Below, in pieces: positions 36,729-45,775 of a stretch of 61,113 nt of DNA (positions within the stretch are counted from its first letter, which is position 1; every line of letters starts with the position of its first letter). Made by a program: the position numbers and the translations under genes. The notes beneath the pieces are model-generated. The model made no database searches. It had not been told where the DNA came from and saw nothing but the letters and a program-made list of their open reading frames with translations. The DNA is from a virus (lineage: Duplodnaviria > Caudoviricetes), in IMG/VR virus record IMGVR_UViG_3300038308_000004, positions 1 through 61,113 of that record; one strand, 5' to 3'.

Positions 36729-37526
36729 TCACCTCACGCTCGCCATAGGGATGGCATCCACCCCCACGACGAATGAGCAATTTCCCTGCTTGCAGACCTC
36801 CCGCCAGGTCTTCAACTGCTCAAGCTGGAGAAACTGGGCGAGGGAGAGCTGCATCTGGGCCTGATATGCCTGATCGGCCTTGGCCCGGCTCTCTTCGGCA
36901 AAGCGTCGCTGGTCTTCGGCCAGCTTTCGCTGCTGCTCCGTGAGTTGACGCTGTTGCTCAGCAGCCGTGGCAATCCTCTGATTCTTGATCGCGTCCGGGG
37001 GGTTGGCTTTCCCTACGGTCACCTGGATGAGTTTGATCGGGATCTTGGCCTCTTGGATGTATTTCTCCATCATGGCCGATACCTCCTGATCGATCTGCTC
37101 GATAGCCACGGTAGAGATCGCGGTTTCGTTCATCCCGTGCTTCCGCACGGACTGCCTGACCCGGTTGGCCAGCTCCTTTTCAAGATTGTTTTCGTACCAT
37201 TTAGGACCAAAATCCCTGACCAACCTGACGGAATCCATGACCTGAAGCCGGATGATGGCGTCGAAATCCAGAGGCACACCATCCAGGGACATCAAGTCAT
37301 CGAAATGGACCTTGTACTGTTCGGGAACCACGGAGACGTCCACTACATGGGTCGTGATGGCAATCACGGATCGGCCAGTCTTCACAGCCTCCGGGTAAAC
37401 GCCACCATGACCAAATAACCAAGGTTTCATTACCAGCACGGCTTCATGACCTGCGTCGGGGGACGCAAAGCCACATCCAGAAAGAAACAAAATCCCCATT
37501 ATTACCCCAATAAACCACTCTCTCAT
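36729..37526 (-). CDS. SPFH/band-7 (prohibitin-like) lipoprotein
   Basis: LSGC lipobox, PDAGHEAVLV, SLDGVPLDFD, coiled-coil C-terminus. Confidence 0.85.
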   Translation of the reverse strand: MREWFIGVIMGILFLSGCGFASPDAGHEAVLVMKPWLFGHGGVYPEAVKTGRSVIAITTHVVDVSVVPEQYKVHFDDLMSLDGVPLDFDAIIRLQVMDSVRLVRDFGPKWYENNLEKELANRVRQSVRKHGMNETAISTVAIEQIDQEVSAMMEKYIQEAKIPIKLIQVTVGKANPPDAIKNQRIATAAEQQRQLTEQQRKLAEDQRRFAEESRAKADQAYQAQMQLSLAQFLQLEQLKTWREVCKQGNCSFVVGVDAIPMASVR

Positions 37527-37564
37527 TTCTCTTCCCTCTCATGATTTTAAAGTCTGTTTGTCAT

Positions 37565-37630
37565 TGGAGGTGGCCGAGTTTGATTCCGGCAGCGTTTCCG
37601 CCCCCGGCCCTTACTGCTGCCACAACCTCC
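37565..37630 (-). ncRNA. candidate 66-nt tRNA-like structured element
   Basis: GGAGGT/ACCTCC closing stem plus A, GGCG-GAAA-CGCT hairpin, T-arm-like GCCGGA-ATCAAAC-TCGGC. Confidence 0.35.
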
Positions 37631-37694
37631 TTTAGCGCCCCCGCGGCCCGGGTATGTTCGGGCCAGGAGGGCCAGATTCATCTCCTTGTGCTTA

Positions 37695-39059
37695 TTATGC
37701 CTCCTCCGCCGCCTTAGCGACACACTCCGGCCCGTATGGATACGAGACCCCGTTAACCGTCAACATGACGGGCATCCCTGTGTGCTGCTGGTGGCAGCCC
37801 TCGCAGTGATAGGAATCGGGGGAGTGGGTGGGGAGATCTCTCGATTGGGGGGACCCTTGGGTCTCCCAGGGATACTGCTTGATCTTTTCCCAGGCCCGGA
37901 AAAGAGGGAGGATCTCCCTCTGCCAGGCCGACACGAGGTACGTGAGCTTCTCCGATGGCACGCTGGCCAGGGAGAGTGTGCCACACTCATCCGGCCGGAG
38001 GTAGGCGGGATCCTGAGCGAGGAACCGGAGGAAGGCGCTTTCATCGATCTCCGCCTCCTGGAGAAAAATTACGAGCTGTCTCCGCCCTTCCCATGCGCGG
38101 AAGGCGGCCGCCGTCTCAGGTTTGGCGGCGCGGATGGCCTGGATTTTGGCGACCGGGAGATCGTGGAGATGGAGTTTGTCGTCCGAGCCGGCCTCGAGAT
38201 CTCCGCTGGCGGCCAGAAACTCCTTGAATAGCTCCCGGTCGATCCCGGACTCCCGTATCCATGCCTCCAGCCCCTCGCGGAGTTTGGCATCGGCGTCAGA
38301 GTCCTTGCTGTTGCCGGGGGCAGGGGGATCGGAGGGGGCTGCCTTGGTTCCTGCGGCCTTGGGGATCTCGGGGGGCTTCTCGCCCTTGAGCCAGGCCGCG
38401 AGGACTTCGGCAACCTCCTTGCCCGGCTTTTCGATCACTGCACCCTGAAGGGCAGGACAGCGGCTCTTGGAAATAACCAGCGTATTGGTGTAGTCGAGCT
38501 CGCCCACTACGTCGAACTCATGCTCCAGTCCATCCCGCTGCACAGGGGCCAAACCGACCTTGCGGATCACGGTCTTACCGCGATCGTCCTTTTCCTGCGC
38601 ATACTCGGTTTTGGTGCGCATGGTGACGATGACGTGGCACGCGCTGCCGGTGATAGCGTCTACCAGCGCGTTTTGGAGGGGCGTGACGTCCCGCCAGGCC
38701 ACGTAGCTGTTTTGGCTCTTACTCGCCTTTGCGGCTTTATCTACCAGCTCCAGTGCGCCGTCCTTCCCCATCCAGGCGTGGGATAGGGAATCGATGATCA
38801 GGATGGCATAGCCGGCGGCCTCAGCCTCCCGGATGGCGTCGATATATCGCTGAGGGTGGAAGCTCGAGAGCTCGCAGACATCGAACTCAAAGAGGTCCGC
38901 GTATTTGCTGGCGCTTCCCCGCTCGGTATCGATGAGTGCGATGGAGCCGCCCAGGCCGGTGGCGATCGCCAGGGCCGAGAAAGTTTTCCCCGATCCGCTG
39001 GGTCCGGTGAGGGCCATGCGCAACTTGGAATCCAGTTTTATCGCCTTCTTAAAGGCCAT
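37695..39059 (-). CDS. AAA_24/Sak4-like ATPase (recombination protein)
   Basis: GPSGSGKT Walker A, IDTERGS, IIDSLSHAW, QRDGLEHEFD. Confidence 0.88.
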   Translation of the reverse strand: MAFKKAIKLDSKLRMALTGPSGSGKTFSALAIATGLGGSIALIDTERGSASKYADLFEFDVCELSSFHPQRYIDAIREAEAAGYAILIIDSLSHAWMGKDGALELVDKAAKASKSQNSYVAWRDVTPLQNALVDAITGSACHVIVTMRTKTEYAQEKDDRGKTVIRKVGLAPVQRDGLEHEFDVVGELDYTNTLVISKSRCPALQGAVIEKPGKEVAEVLAAWLKGEKPPEIPKAAGTKAAPSDPPAPGNSKDSDADAKLREGLEAWIRESGIDRELFKEFLAASGDLEAGSDDKLHLHDLPVAKIQAIRAAKPETAAAFRAWEGRRQLVIFLQEAEIDESAFLRFLAQDPAYLRPDECGTLSLASVPSEKLTYLVSAWQREILPLFRAWEKIKQYPWETQGSPQSRDLPTHSPDSYHCEGCHQQHTGMPVMLTVNGVSYPYGPECVAKAAEEA

Positions 39060-39186
39060 GGTCTCTTTCCTCCTTGCATTTATCATATCGGGGGTGGGGA
39101 GGACATCGCGGCCGACGGACGCCTCCCCATCCCCGGCTCATCCCCTATCAGCGCCGCGCGGATAACGGGGGCGAGATCGTTTCCTC

Positions 39187-39519
39187 TCATGAGAGTCGCT
39201 CCAATCGAGCGATCTCCCAGTCCTCATCTGCGGTCCCGAGGAGCCTCCCCTTGAGCGCGGGGTCCCCGAGCCGATACCGCAGCCGCACTACCATCGCCAC
39301 GTCCCCAGGGGCCATGGCCGACAGCTCGCGGCTGATGGCGGGCCGGATGCCCAGCCATTCCTCGATTTTCGCGGCGGTCTCCTCGTAGCCCACCCGGCTC
39401 TCGTAGGGGCCGGAGCGGATGAAATCGCGCAGGTCGTTCTTCGTCGCGGGGCTATAGCGATAATCGCCGTAAGCTCCGGCGGCGATGACGGCGGAATTGA
39501 GGAGCAGTCTACGGGCCAT
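39187..39519 (-). CDS. DUF1874/STIV-B116 family protein (AcrIII-1-like)
   Basis: LLNS...SRVGYEETA...LG...SR...PGD.A.V.RL..RL follows the AcrIII-1 layout, with GY in place of GH. Confidence 0.7.
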   Translation of the reverse strand: MARRLLLNSAVIAAGAYGDYRYSPATKNDLRDFIRSGPYESRVGYEETAAKIEEWLGIRPAISRELSAMAPGDVAMVVRLRYRLGDPALKGRLLGTADEDWEIARLERLS

Positions 39520-40048
39520 AAATCTTCTCCTCTCCAAATCGAAATCCCCGTTTTTTGTACCATTTCTCCCACGCCTCCTGGGCTCGGTAAAAGAGAAATC
39601 GGTATTGACCCAGTTGGGAGCTGGGCTGGAGAAATCCCATGTCCTTCAATCGCCGCCAATTTCGGCGATGCCCATTATCGATGTTGTCCCGGCGGGAAAA
39701 GATCTCGTCGGGCCAGATATAGCAATCCTCTATTGGCCCGCATTGTTTGGCCTCGAAAATAAGGATGCGGAGTGTCCGGGCCTGCGCATCGGTGATCGTC
39801 TCAGTACCTCCTTGGCCGCCGTCCTCAACTGATACAAGCCGAGCAGCGGTTCGTACATTGCGCGATTCATTGAGCCAGATCCTCAGATCCCGTTCGGCTT
39901 GATCTCGGCTGGCCCGGACCGGCAGGTATTTAGAGACGACTCGGCGCAGGGCCCCATTGGGCTTTTGGGTATAGGTCGCCCAAGCCTTCCCGCCCGAGAT
40001 GCCGTCGCTGACAAAAAAATGCTCTTCTTCCCGCTCATTCCGCTTCAT
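39509..40048 (-). CDS. hypothetical protein
   Basis: 179-aa ORF, ATGA-coupled to the upstream gene, GGAGG RBS. Confidence 0.6.
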   Translation of the reverse strand: MKRNEREEEHFFVSDGISGGKAWATYTQKPNGALRRVVSKYLPVRASRDQAERDLRIWLNESRNVRTAARLVSVEDGGQGGTETITDAQARTLRILIFEAKQCGPIEDCYIWPDEIFSRRDNIDNGHRRNWRRLKDMGFLQPSSQLGQYRFLFYRAQEAWEKWYKKRGFRFGEEKIYGP

Positions 40049-40710
40049 CTCAGCACCTCCTTGGCCGCCTTTCGCAACTCCCGCGCCCAGTGTCTGTAAA
40101 CCTCGCCGAGATCATCGAGGATCTTGGCCAGGGCGACAGCCTTCGCTGCCGACGTGAAACATTCCCGCAGCAGCGGCTCGGGCTCGGTGGGGATGGGATC
40201 GGGAGGTGGGGGTTTGATCCCCCGTGGCGCAATCGAGGGGAGGCAGGGCTTCTCCCGGATCTCCGCCGCCATCGCTCCCGGGGTTCCGCAGACGACGCAG
40301 AAAAAGCCGCCGTCGGGGCGGTGCAAAGGGAGGATGGTGCCATGGGGATGGAGGTGCTGGGTGCAGGGGCAGGGCTGGCCGCCACTGAGCGATTGCCCGC
40401 AGCGGGGACAAAAAGGGCGGGGGTCCTGGCCGGTCTCCCGAAATGCCTGGCAGCTCGGGCAGATGGGGCCTCCCGCAGACGGATGGAGGATCTCCCCCGG
40501 CAGCGGAGGCATCCCGCAATAGCTGCAGGTAGCCCGCTCGCAGATCTCGCAGGTGCGGGTGGCGAACCGGGGGTCAGGGCTCTCGGTCCCCAGGACCTCC
40601 GCTCCGTCGAGGTGATCGGCACACCGCCAGGCGAAGGGGCGGTCGCCGTTGAGACCGGGGCCGACCCGGCATAAGTACATTTGACGGGATATTGTGGAAT
40701 GTGGTAACAT
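40045..40710 (-). CDS. multi-Zn-finger hypothetical protein
   Basis: Several CxxC pairs; start may be 40680. Confidence 0.6.
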   Translation of the reverse strand: MLPHSTISRQMYLCRVGPGLNGDRPFAWRCADHLDGAEVLGTESPDPRFATRTCEICERATCSYCGMPPLPGEILHPSAGGPICPSCQAFRETGQDPRPFCPRCGQSLSGGQPCPCTQHLHPHGTILPLHRPDGGFFCVVCGTPGAMAAEIREKPCLPSIAPRGIKPPPPDPIPTEPEPLLRECFTSAAKAVALAKILDDLGEVYRHWARELRKAAKEVLR

Positions 40711-40941
40711 AATAGCACTCCTAAGCTGTTGGGTTTGTCTCGAGGGGCTTGCGGTTATTGCCTGACCGCAAGCCCTTTGTCTTTCTGGGAGATTAGGCTT
40801 GGCCCGTGGGCCTGACCGCGCCGCCTCCCCCTTGCTCCAAAAAACCTGGCATCGTCAAGGCCCCACCGGGTGACCAGCCCTTGGCGTGGCCCCTTTCTCC
40901 TGGTCCCGACCAGCCCGCCCACCCGGCTGGCCGTCTGACGT

Positions 40942-41229
40942 TCACATGGCATGGCCCTCCTCTCCTGATCCCAGCGGTTCACCAGCTCCACAGTACTGGC
41001 CTTCCGCCGGGAGATTGTCTGAAAGCCCTTGCCAAACCAACTCCTCCAGCCGCAGGAGGATCACCTCGAACTTCGATCCCCGCCGCGGCCGCTTCGATTT
41101 TCCCCAATAGCGGTGGATCACTGCGCGGAGACTATCCTCCGACCAGCCCTCCTCCCGGATGAGATCCCGGAGAGTCCTGCCGGGACCCAAGATCTTCCTC
41201 CGGGCTATTTTCCATTCGGGCAAAATCAT
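40942..41229 (-). CDS. small DNA-binding protein (Cro/Ner-like, tentative)
   Basis: Divergent from the XRE gene; GAGGAG RBS; HTH-like TLRDLIREEGWSEDSLRAVI. Confidence 0.5.
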   Translation of the reverse strand: MILPEWKIARRKILGPGRTLRDLIREEGWSEDSLRAVIHRYWGKSKRPRRGSKFEVILLRLEELVWQGLSDNLPAEGQYCGAGEPLGSGEEGHAM

Positions 41230-41251
41230 TGCTATTCTTTCTCCTCGATCT

Positions 41252-41269
41252 TATAGTATTAAGACTATA
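41252..41269. promoter_or_regulatory. operator-like palindrome between divergent regulators
   Basis: TATAGTATTAAGACTATA, a dyad with one mismatched pair. Confidence 0.55.
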
Positions 41270-41356
41270 GCTGTAGATTATACCAAAAGGAAAAAAGAAA
41301 TCAACCCCAAAATTATCGAAAGGATGAAAATGTGGGGGTCAGAGGAGGCACTGGAA

Positions 41357-41710
41357 ATGGAGGGAGAGAGGGTGAGGTGTGCTGTGGGCGTGCTGTCCCG
41401 CGCCGAGATCGATCACCGCTGCCGCGTGGCGGCGATCCTCAGGCACTGGCGGGAGGAGGCGGGGCTGAGCCGGGAGGAGCTAGCGGCCCGTATAAACGTG
41501 TCCGCGATAACGGTCTACCGCTATGAGGAGCGACTCCGGGGGGAGCCGATTCCCCGCCTGCCGAGGATCGACTACATGGTGCGGTGGGCGCTGGCGTGCG
41601 GCAGCGATCCCCACCGGATCCTCGACGCCGAGATATCGTTTGAGGTTTCCCGGGGTTCGGGCAGGGGCAGGGCTGCGCCATATTTGCAGCAGCATCCCGC
41701 CTTGATGTGA
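41357..41710 (+). CDS. XRE-family HTH repressor-like protein
   Basis: LRHWREEAGLSREELAARINVSAITVYRYE; GAGGAGG RBS. Confidence 0.8.
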   Translation: MEGERVRCAVGVLSRAEIDHRCRVAAILRHWREEAGLSREELAARINVSAITVYRYEERLRGEPIPRLPRIDYMVRWALACGSDPHRILDAEISFEVSRGSGRGRAAPYLQQHPALM

Positions 41711-41774
41711 CGAGGGGAAGCGGATGCGCGGGGAATAGTGGAGAAAGTGGTGCAGGGTGGTCAGGATTTGGGGC

Positions 41775-41815
41775 AAAAAAAAGAGCCCCTGCTGGCCTTC
41801 GGGCCAACAGGGGGC
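41775..41815 (-). terminator. rho-independent terminator
   Basis: GC-rich hairpin (GCCCCTG-CTGGCC-TTCG-GGCCAA-CAGGGGGC on +) followed by a U-tract on the - strand. Confidence 0.75.
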
Positions 41816-41823
41816 AAGGGGGG

Positions 41824-42150
41824 TTAGGTCTCTTTCAGGAAGAGCGCCCCAAATTGCTTTTCCTCTTTTGACCCCCTCTCTGGGGTTCTTGACCATGTCT
41901 CCTGTCGGATACGTAGTAAGGGGGTCCCCCCGTGTTCGCACACGGCCCGAGGGGCCAACCAGTGCGCGCGACACCGGAAGGAAGAGGGTTCCTCCTCCGG
42001 GAGCGTCTCACAGTCTCTGTACCAGTTCCTTTCGTATCCCCCCTTTTCTTTCACACAGATGGGGCAGGGCTCCTTTTCGGCTATCCACTTCGCGGATAGC
42101 CCAGATCCCCAAATGGTGTCTGATGAATAGTAATCCGCTAGTTCTCCCAT
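41824..42150 (-). CDS. hypothetical protein
   Basis: GGAGG RBS; CPIC, CRAH and CEH motifs. Confidence 0.55.
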   Translation of the reverse strand: MGELADYYSSDTIWGSGLSAKWIAEKEPCPICVKEKGGYERNWYRDCETLPEEEPSSFRCRAHWLAPRAVCEHGGTPLLRIRQETWSRTPERGSKEEKQFGALFLKET

Positions 42151-42460
42151 TCTTCCTCCTTCTCCCTCGCTGCCACTTTGTCCTGGGGGTGGCAAATGCA
42201 CCTGTGCCCTCGCGCCCACTGGCCCGGGCCTCCAAGGCGCGATGTGGACCATTCCCAGGGAAGCCCAGCTTCCCTGATTGCTTCTAGGGGAGCTAGACCG
42301 TCCTGGTTCGCAAATTGTGCGTACGAGGGATTGCTCAGTAGCTCCCTGGGGACCGCGGGAAGTAGTGGAATGGCTGATAAAAATTTCATTGAACTCCTTG
42401 ATAGCCTTCATCTTCGTTCCTCCTGGGGGAGAGATGTCCCTCCCCCCTCTTGCGGATTTG

Positions 42461-45400
42461 CTACTTAACCCGGGTCTTTCCTCCTCGGAGCCGATCTACC
42501 AGTTCCGAGAGGATCCCGGTTTCCGCTCCGGTCGCCGAGCCTTCGGTGGCCGCATCTACCACTTGGCGCTTAGTCTCGATGAGGCTCATGATCTCCTCGT
42601 CGATGGTCGCCTGACCGAGGAGATACCAGGCCATCACTGAGTCGGTCTGCCCGATCCGGTGGCAGCGGTCCTCAGCCTGGTCATGGGCGGCCGGTGTCCA
42701 CTCCAACTCGATGAAAGCCACATTGGAGGCAGCGGTGAGAGTCAGGCCCACGCCCCCGGCCTTGATGTTGCAGACGATGACCCGGCAGTTCGGGTCCGTC
42801 TGGAACCGATCCACGGCGGCCTGGCGGGCTTCCACCGGCGTCTGGCCGGTGATCGATGGCGCGTTGAAGGCCTGCGCCAGCTCCTCCACCACAACCTGGT
42901 GGTGAGCGAAAATCACGAGCTTCTCCCCGGTCTCCAGGAGGGACTCGACCCACTCCTTGACCGCCTCCATTTTGCCCCGGGCGGCCAGTTGCTTGAGAGC
43001 TTCGATGCGGACCAACTGCTCGGCCCGCGCCGCCGTCTCCTCGGCGCTCATACGATGGTCGGAGATGGCTCGCCGCTGCTCTTCGGGGAGGAGATCGGCC
43101 ACGCTGGCCAGGAAAGCATCCTCTTTTGCGGCCTGCTGCCCCAGCCAGGAGACCACGTCGGCCTGCGCTCGGTCGTATTCACGCCGGTTAGTCAGTTCGA
43201 CCGGGACGATCGTCCGGGTTTTCGGCGGTAGCTCGGAGAGTACCTCCTCCTTCGTCCGGCGGATGTAGCAGCTCGAGCGTAGCTTTTCGTTGAGCTCGTC
43301 CAGGTGGGCGGCTCCCGAGAAATCCCACCCGAAGCGGGTCTTTTGGGCGCAGCAGTACCGCTTCGCGAATTCCCAGAACCCGCCCATCTCCTCCAGGCGA
43401 CCGATAATCTGTAGCTGGCTGAGCAGCTCCTGGGGTCGGTTGAGAACCGGGGTTCCGGTGAGGGCCAGGCGGATGGGGACCTTCTTGGCCAGGTCCTTGG
43501 CGGCCTCCGTGCGGGCGGCCTTGTAGTTCTTGCAATTGGAAACGAGAACACCGTTGGCGAAAAAGTTTTCGTTATCGGCTACGGAGAGGCAATAGACGCG
43601 AGGATCTGGGTTGCCACTTGCTCCAGGTTCTCCATAACCTCCTGATTGGAGAACCTCAACACGGACCACCCGAGAGCGGCCAAAACTTCCATTTTTCGTT
43701 TGTCCAGATATCTCCAACGGCGTGTCTGGTGAGATAGCCCGTCCACTTCGATTGCCAGTTTCCGGGCGGGATCGGCCAAATCCACCTTGTAGGCACTCGG
43801 GAGGGAAGGAAAGAGATGTTTGACTGGTGCAGTTAGAATAGGATATTCCACGGGTAGGTTCAATCTTGCGGAAAGAATCTTCTGGGGTTCGGTCAATTGA
43901 CCGTTGCCCCCACGAGACAGGAATGTCTGTCCCGTTTTGGCCCGCCGCATCTTTTCCACTGTTGCGGGATTTGACATGGGGTTGTTCCGCTTCATTCTTT
44001 CCGATGAAGCCGGATCTTTTTTCCCTCGTCTCAAATTTTGAGCGCAGGCAATTGCTTTCCTGCTCTGTTCTTTCCGGTGAGGCAGGTTCATCCGCCAGGA
44101 AGCAGCACAACTCTGTCCGCAAAATCGACGTTTCACTGACAGCTTGCCTCTTGATGGAAGCTGAAACGGTTTCTTGCACCACTCGCAGGTCTTTTTGATA
44201 AGAGGCTTGCGGAATCTGGCAGAGATGGCTGCTCTGATTTCCGGCCTGCTGTTCGTATATGTCGCCGCACAGCTCCGGCTGCAAAACCTCGCAGTGTGTC
44301 TCCCCTTCGTAGGCGTTTGGAACGGCGCTTGACACAACTTGCAGATACGCGCTACTTTTGAGCGTACCCGCTTCCACGTAGTATCCGTCCTTTGTCCACA
44401 CCGGATGGTCTGCTGTACAGGTAAACTCTCCTTGCTCATGCGCCACCCTCACCAAATCCGCGTAAAGGTTGAATTCAAGCCAATCTTTGATTGGTTTAAA
44501 TTCTAACGCATTATTGGATAAATTACAAGACAAAACAGACACATCAAGCCGACGGGAAACAATTTCTTCTATCGGCAATGGCCCTCGATCCGTCTCTACC
44601 ATCGTTCCGGCAGGGAAACAATAGTGACTCTCATCAAACACCACCGCCTTAAACCCGCACTTCTGCAGGGCCTCCAGGTTTTTCTTTAGGACATCGTAGT
44701 TTAAAATTACGATGTCCGCCTCCTCCGGGATACCGTTTTTGCCGCCATTCACCATGGCCAACCGCTTCCCCGGCAGCCACTTTTCTGCCTCCCGCTTCCA
44801 GTTGAGTTTCAGGGATGCGGGGCAGACGATGCAGGCCGGGAATGCCTGCGCGGCCTGGATGGTGGCCAGAGCCTCAACCGTTTTTCCCAGGCCCATCTCG
44901 TCGCAAATGAAGGCCCGCTTTGCCTCCACCGCGTAGGCCACCCCGGCCTTTTGGAACGGCCGCAGTGTCCCGCCCAGGCCTTCCACCTCTAGCGTGGCCT
45001 CCTTCGCCCGTGACCCTTCCAGGCGCTCGCTGTAGGCCTCCTCCAGAGATTGGACAACCTCGGGCAGGTCTTTGGCCTCAAACCCGTAGGTTTGCGCCCA
45101 CTGCAGCAGCTCCCGGGCACTCTCCCGGGTCAGCTTAAGAGTCCAGGTTTTGGTTTTCGCATCGAACCGAGCCCCGGGGAGGGCCTTGACCCGGTTCACC
45201 ATGGCCGGGTCATAATCGAAATGGATGGTGGCCGTCTGACCACCGGAGAGGGTGATGAACCGGGCAGGCGCGGGGGCGGGCTTGTTAGTGGCCCCCTCGA
45301 TGGCGTTTATCAGTTTGTCCGCAAACTCGAACCGATGGGCCACCGCAAAGTCTAGGAGGGCCTGGGCGTTGGTGGCGTCCAGCTTGAGCCACCAGGCTTT

Positions 45401-45775
45401 TTTCTGTCCGTCAAACCGGGCCCCCGGGAGGGCCTTAATGAGTGTCACCAGGTTTGCATCATAAGGAGAATAGATGCGGGCGTATCCCGCATCATCGATT
45501 GTGATGAGCCGAGCGGGTTTGTCCCCCGACTCAGACTTAGGGGGCTCGGGGATCGCATCATAATCAATCCCTATCCCTGCAAGCTGCCCCCGGTATTTTC
45601 GTAACATGGCCCAGGCGGCCCGGGCCTGCCAGGGGGTCCATTGAGTCTCGGGCTGATCGGCGAGCCAGTGGCCGAACCGGGTGTCCGAACCATTGAACCC
45701 CTGGCCATCCCGAGTGACAGCTCCATCGCATCGGCCCGCGAGGACCTGAACGGCTTGATATAGTAGTGAGTTCAT
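42461..45775 (-). CDS. SNF2/SMARCAL1-like helicase with two HARP-like domains, intein-containing
   Basis: DEMGLGKT, DESH, LTGTP, AGGVGLTLT, QAEDRCHRIGQ; two YD..LV..IKALPGARFD repeats; ATG 45775 after AAGGAGG. Confidence 0.92.
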   Translation of the reverse strand: MNSLLYQAVQVLAGRCDGAVTRDGQGFNGSDTRFGHWLADQPETQWTPWQARAAWAMLRKYRGQLAGIGIDYDAIPEPPKSESGDKPARLITIDDAGYARIYSPYDANLVTLIKALPGARFDGQKKAWWLKLDATNAQALLDFAVAHRFEFADKLINAIEGATNKPAPAPARFITLSGGQTATIHFDYDPAMVNRVKALPGARFDAKTKTWTLKLTRESARELLQWAQTYGFEAKDLPEVVQSLEEAYSERLEGSRAKEATLEVEGLGGTLRPFQKAGVAYAVEAKRAFICDEMGLGKTVEALATIQAAQAFPACIVCPASLKLNWKREAEKWLPGKRLAMVNGGKNGIPEEADIVILNYDVLKKNLEALQKCGFKAVVFDESHYCFPAGTMVETDRGPLPIEEIVSRRLDVSVLSCNLSNNALEFKPIKDWLEFNLYADLVRVAHEQGEFTCTADHPVWTKDGYYVEAGTLKSSAYLQVVSSAVPNAYEGETHCEVLQPELCGDIYEQQAGNQSSHLCQIPQASYQKDLRVVQETVSASIKRQAVSETSILRTELCCFLADEPASPERTEQESNCLRSKFETREKRSGFIGKNEAEQPHVKSRNSGKDAAGQNGTDIPVSWGQRSIDRTPEDSFRKIEPTRGISYSNCTSQTSLSFPPECLQGGFGRSRPETGNRSGRAISPDTPLEISGQTKNGSFGRSRVVRVEVLQSGGYGEPGASGNPDPRVYCLSVADNENFFANGVLVSNCKNYKAARTEAAKDLAKKVPIRLALTGTPVLNRPQELLSQLQIIGRLEEMGGFWEFAKRYCCAQKTRFGWDFSGAAHLDELNEKLRSSCYIRRTKEEVLSELPPKTRTIVPVELTNRREYDRAQADVVSWLGQQAAKEDAFLASVADLLPEEQRRAISDHRMSAEETAARAEQLVRIEALKQLAARGKMEAVKEWVESLLETGEKLVIFAHHQVVVEELAQAFNAPSITGQTPVEARQAAVDRFQTDPNCRVIVCNIKAGGVGLTLTAASNVAFIELEWTPAAHDQAEDRCHRIGQTDSVMAWYLLGQATIDEEIMSLIETKRQVVDAATEGSATGAETGILSELVDRLRGGKTRVK
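43535..44620 (-). mobile_element. intein (362 aa) inserted just after helicase motif II
   Basis: DESHY|CFPAGTMV (block A), CTADHPVW (block B), VYCLSVADNENFFANGVLVSN|C (blocks F/G); removal restores DESHYCKN. Confidence 0.93.
43579..44439 (-). CDS. DUF559/Vsr-like endonuclease with Zn-finger repeats, nested in the +1 frame inside the intein
   Basis: 286-aa ORF; CKLC..F...RFCSRSC and CEWC..F...RFCGQSC; YKVDLA...LAIEVDGLSH...D..K...L...GWSVLRFSNQEV; GGTGAGGG RBS-like sequence upstream. Confidence 0.88.
   Translation of the reverse strand: MSKESLPVQQTIRCGQRTDTTWKRVRSKVARICKLCQAPFQTPTKGRHTARFCSRSCAATYTNSRPEIRAAISARFRKPLIKKTCEWCKKPFQLPSRGKLSVKRRFCGQSCAASWRMNLPHRKEQSRKAIACAQNLRRGKKDPASSERMKRNNPMSNPATVEKMRRAKTGQTFLSRGGNGQLTEPQKILSARLNLPVEYPILTAPVKHLFPSLPSAYKVDLADPARKLAIEVDGLSHQTRRWRYLDKRKMEVLAALGWSVLRFSNQEVMENLEQVATQILASIASP

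Noticed and set aside
42138-42411. Possible frameshifted small gene downstream of the helicase
   Set aside because: The RBS-bearing ATG (42411) and the more protein-like frame (42389) disagree, but there is no motif or homology evidence to decide
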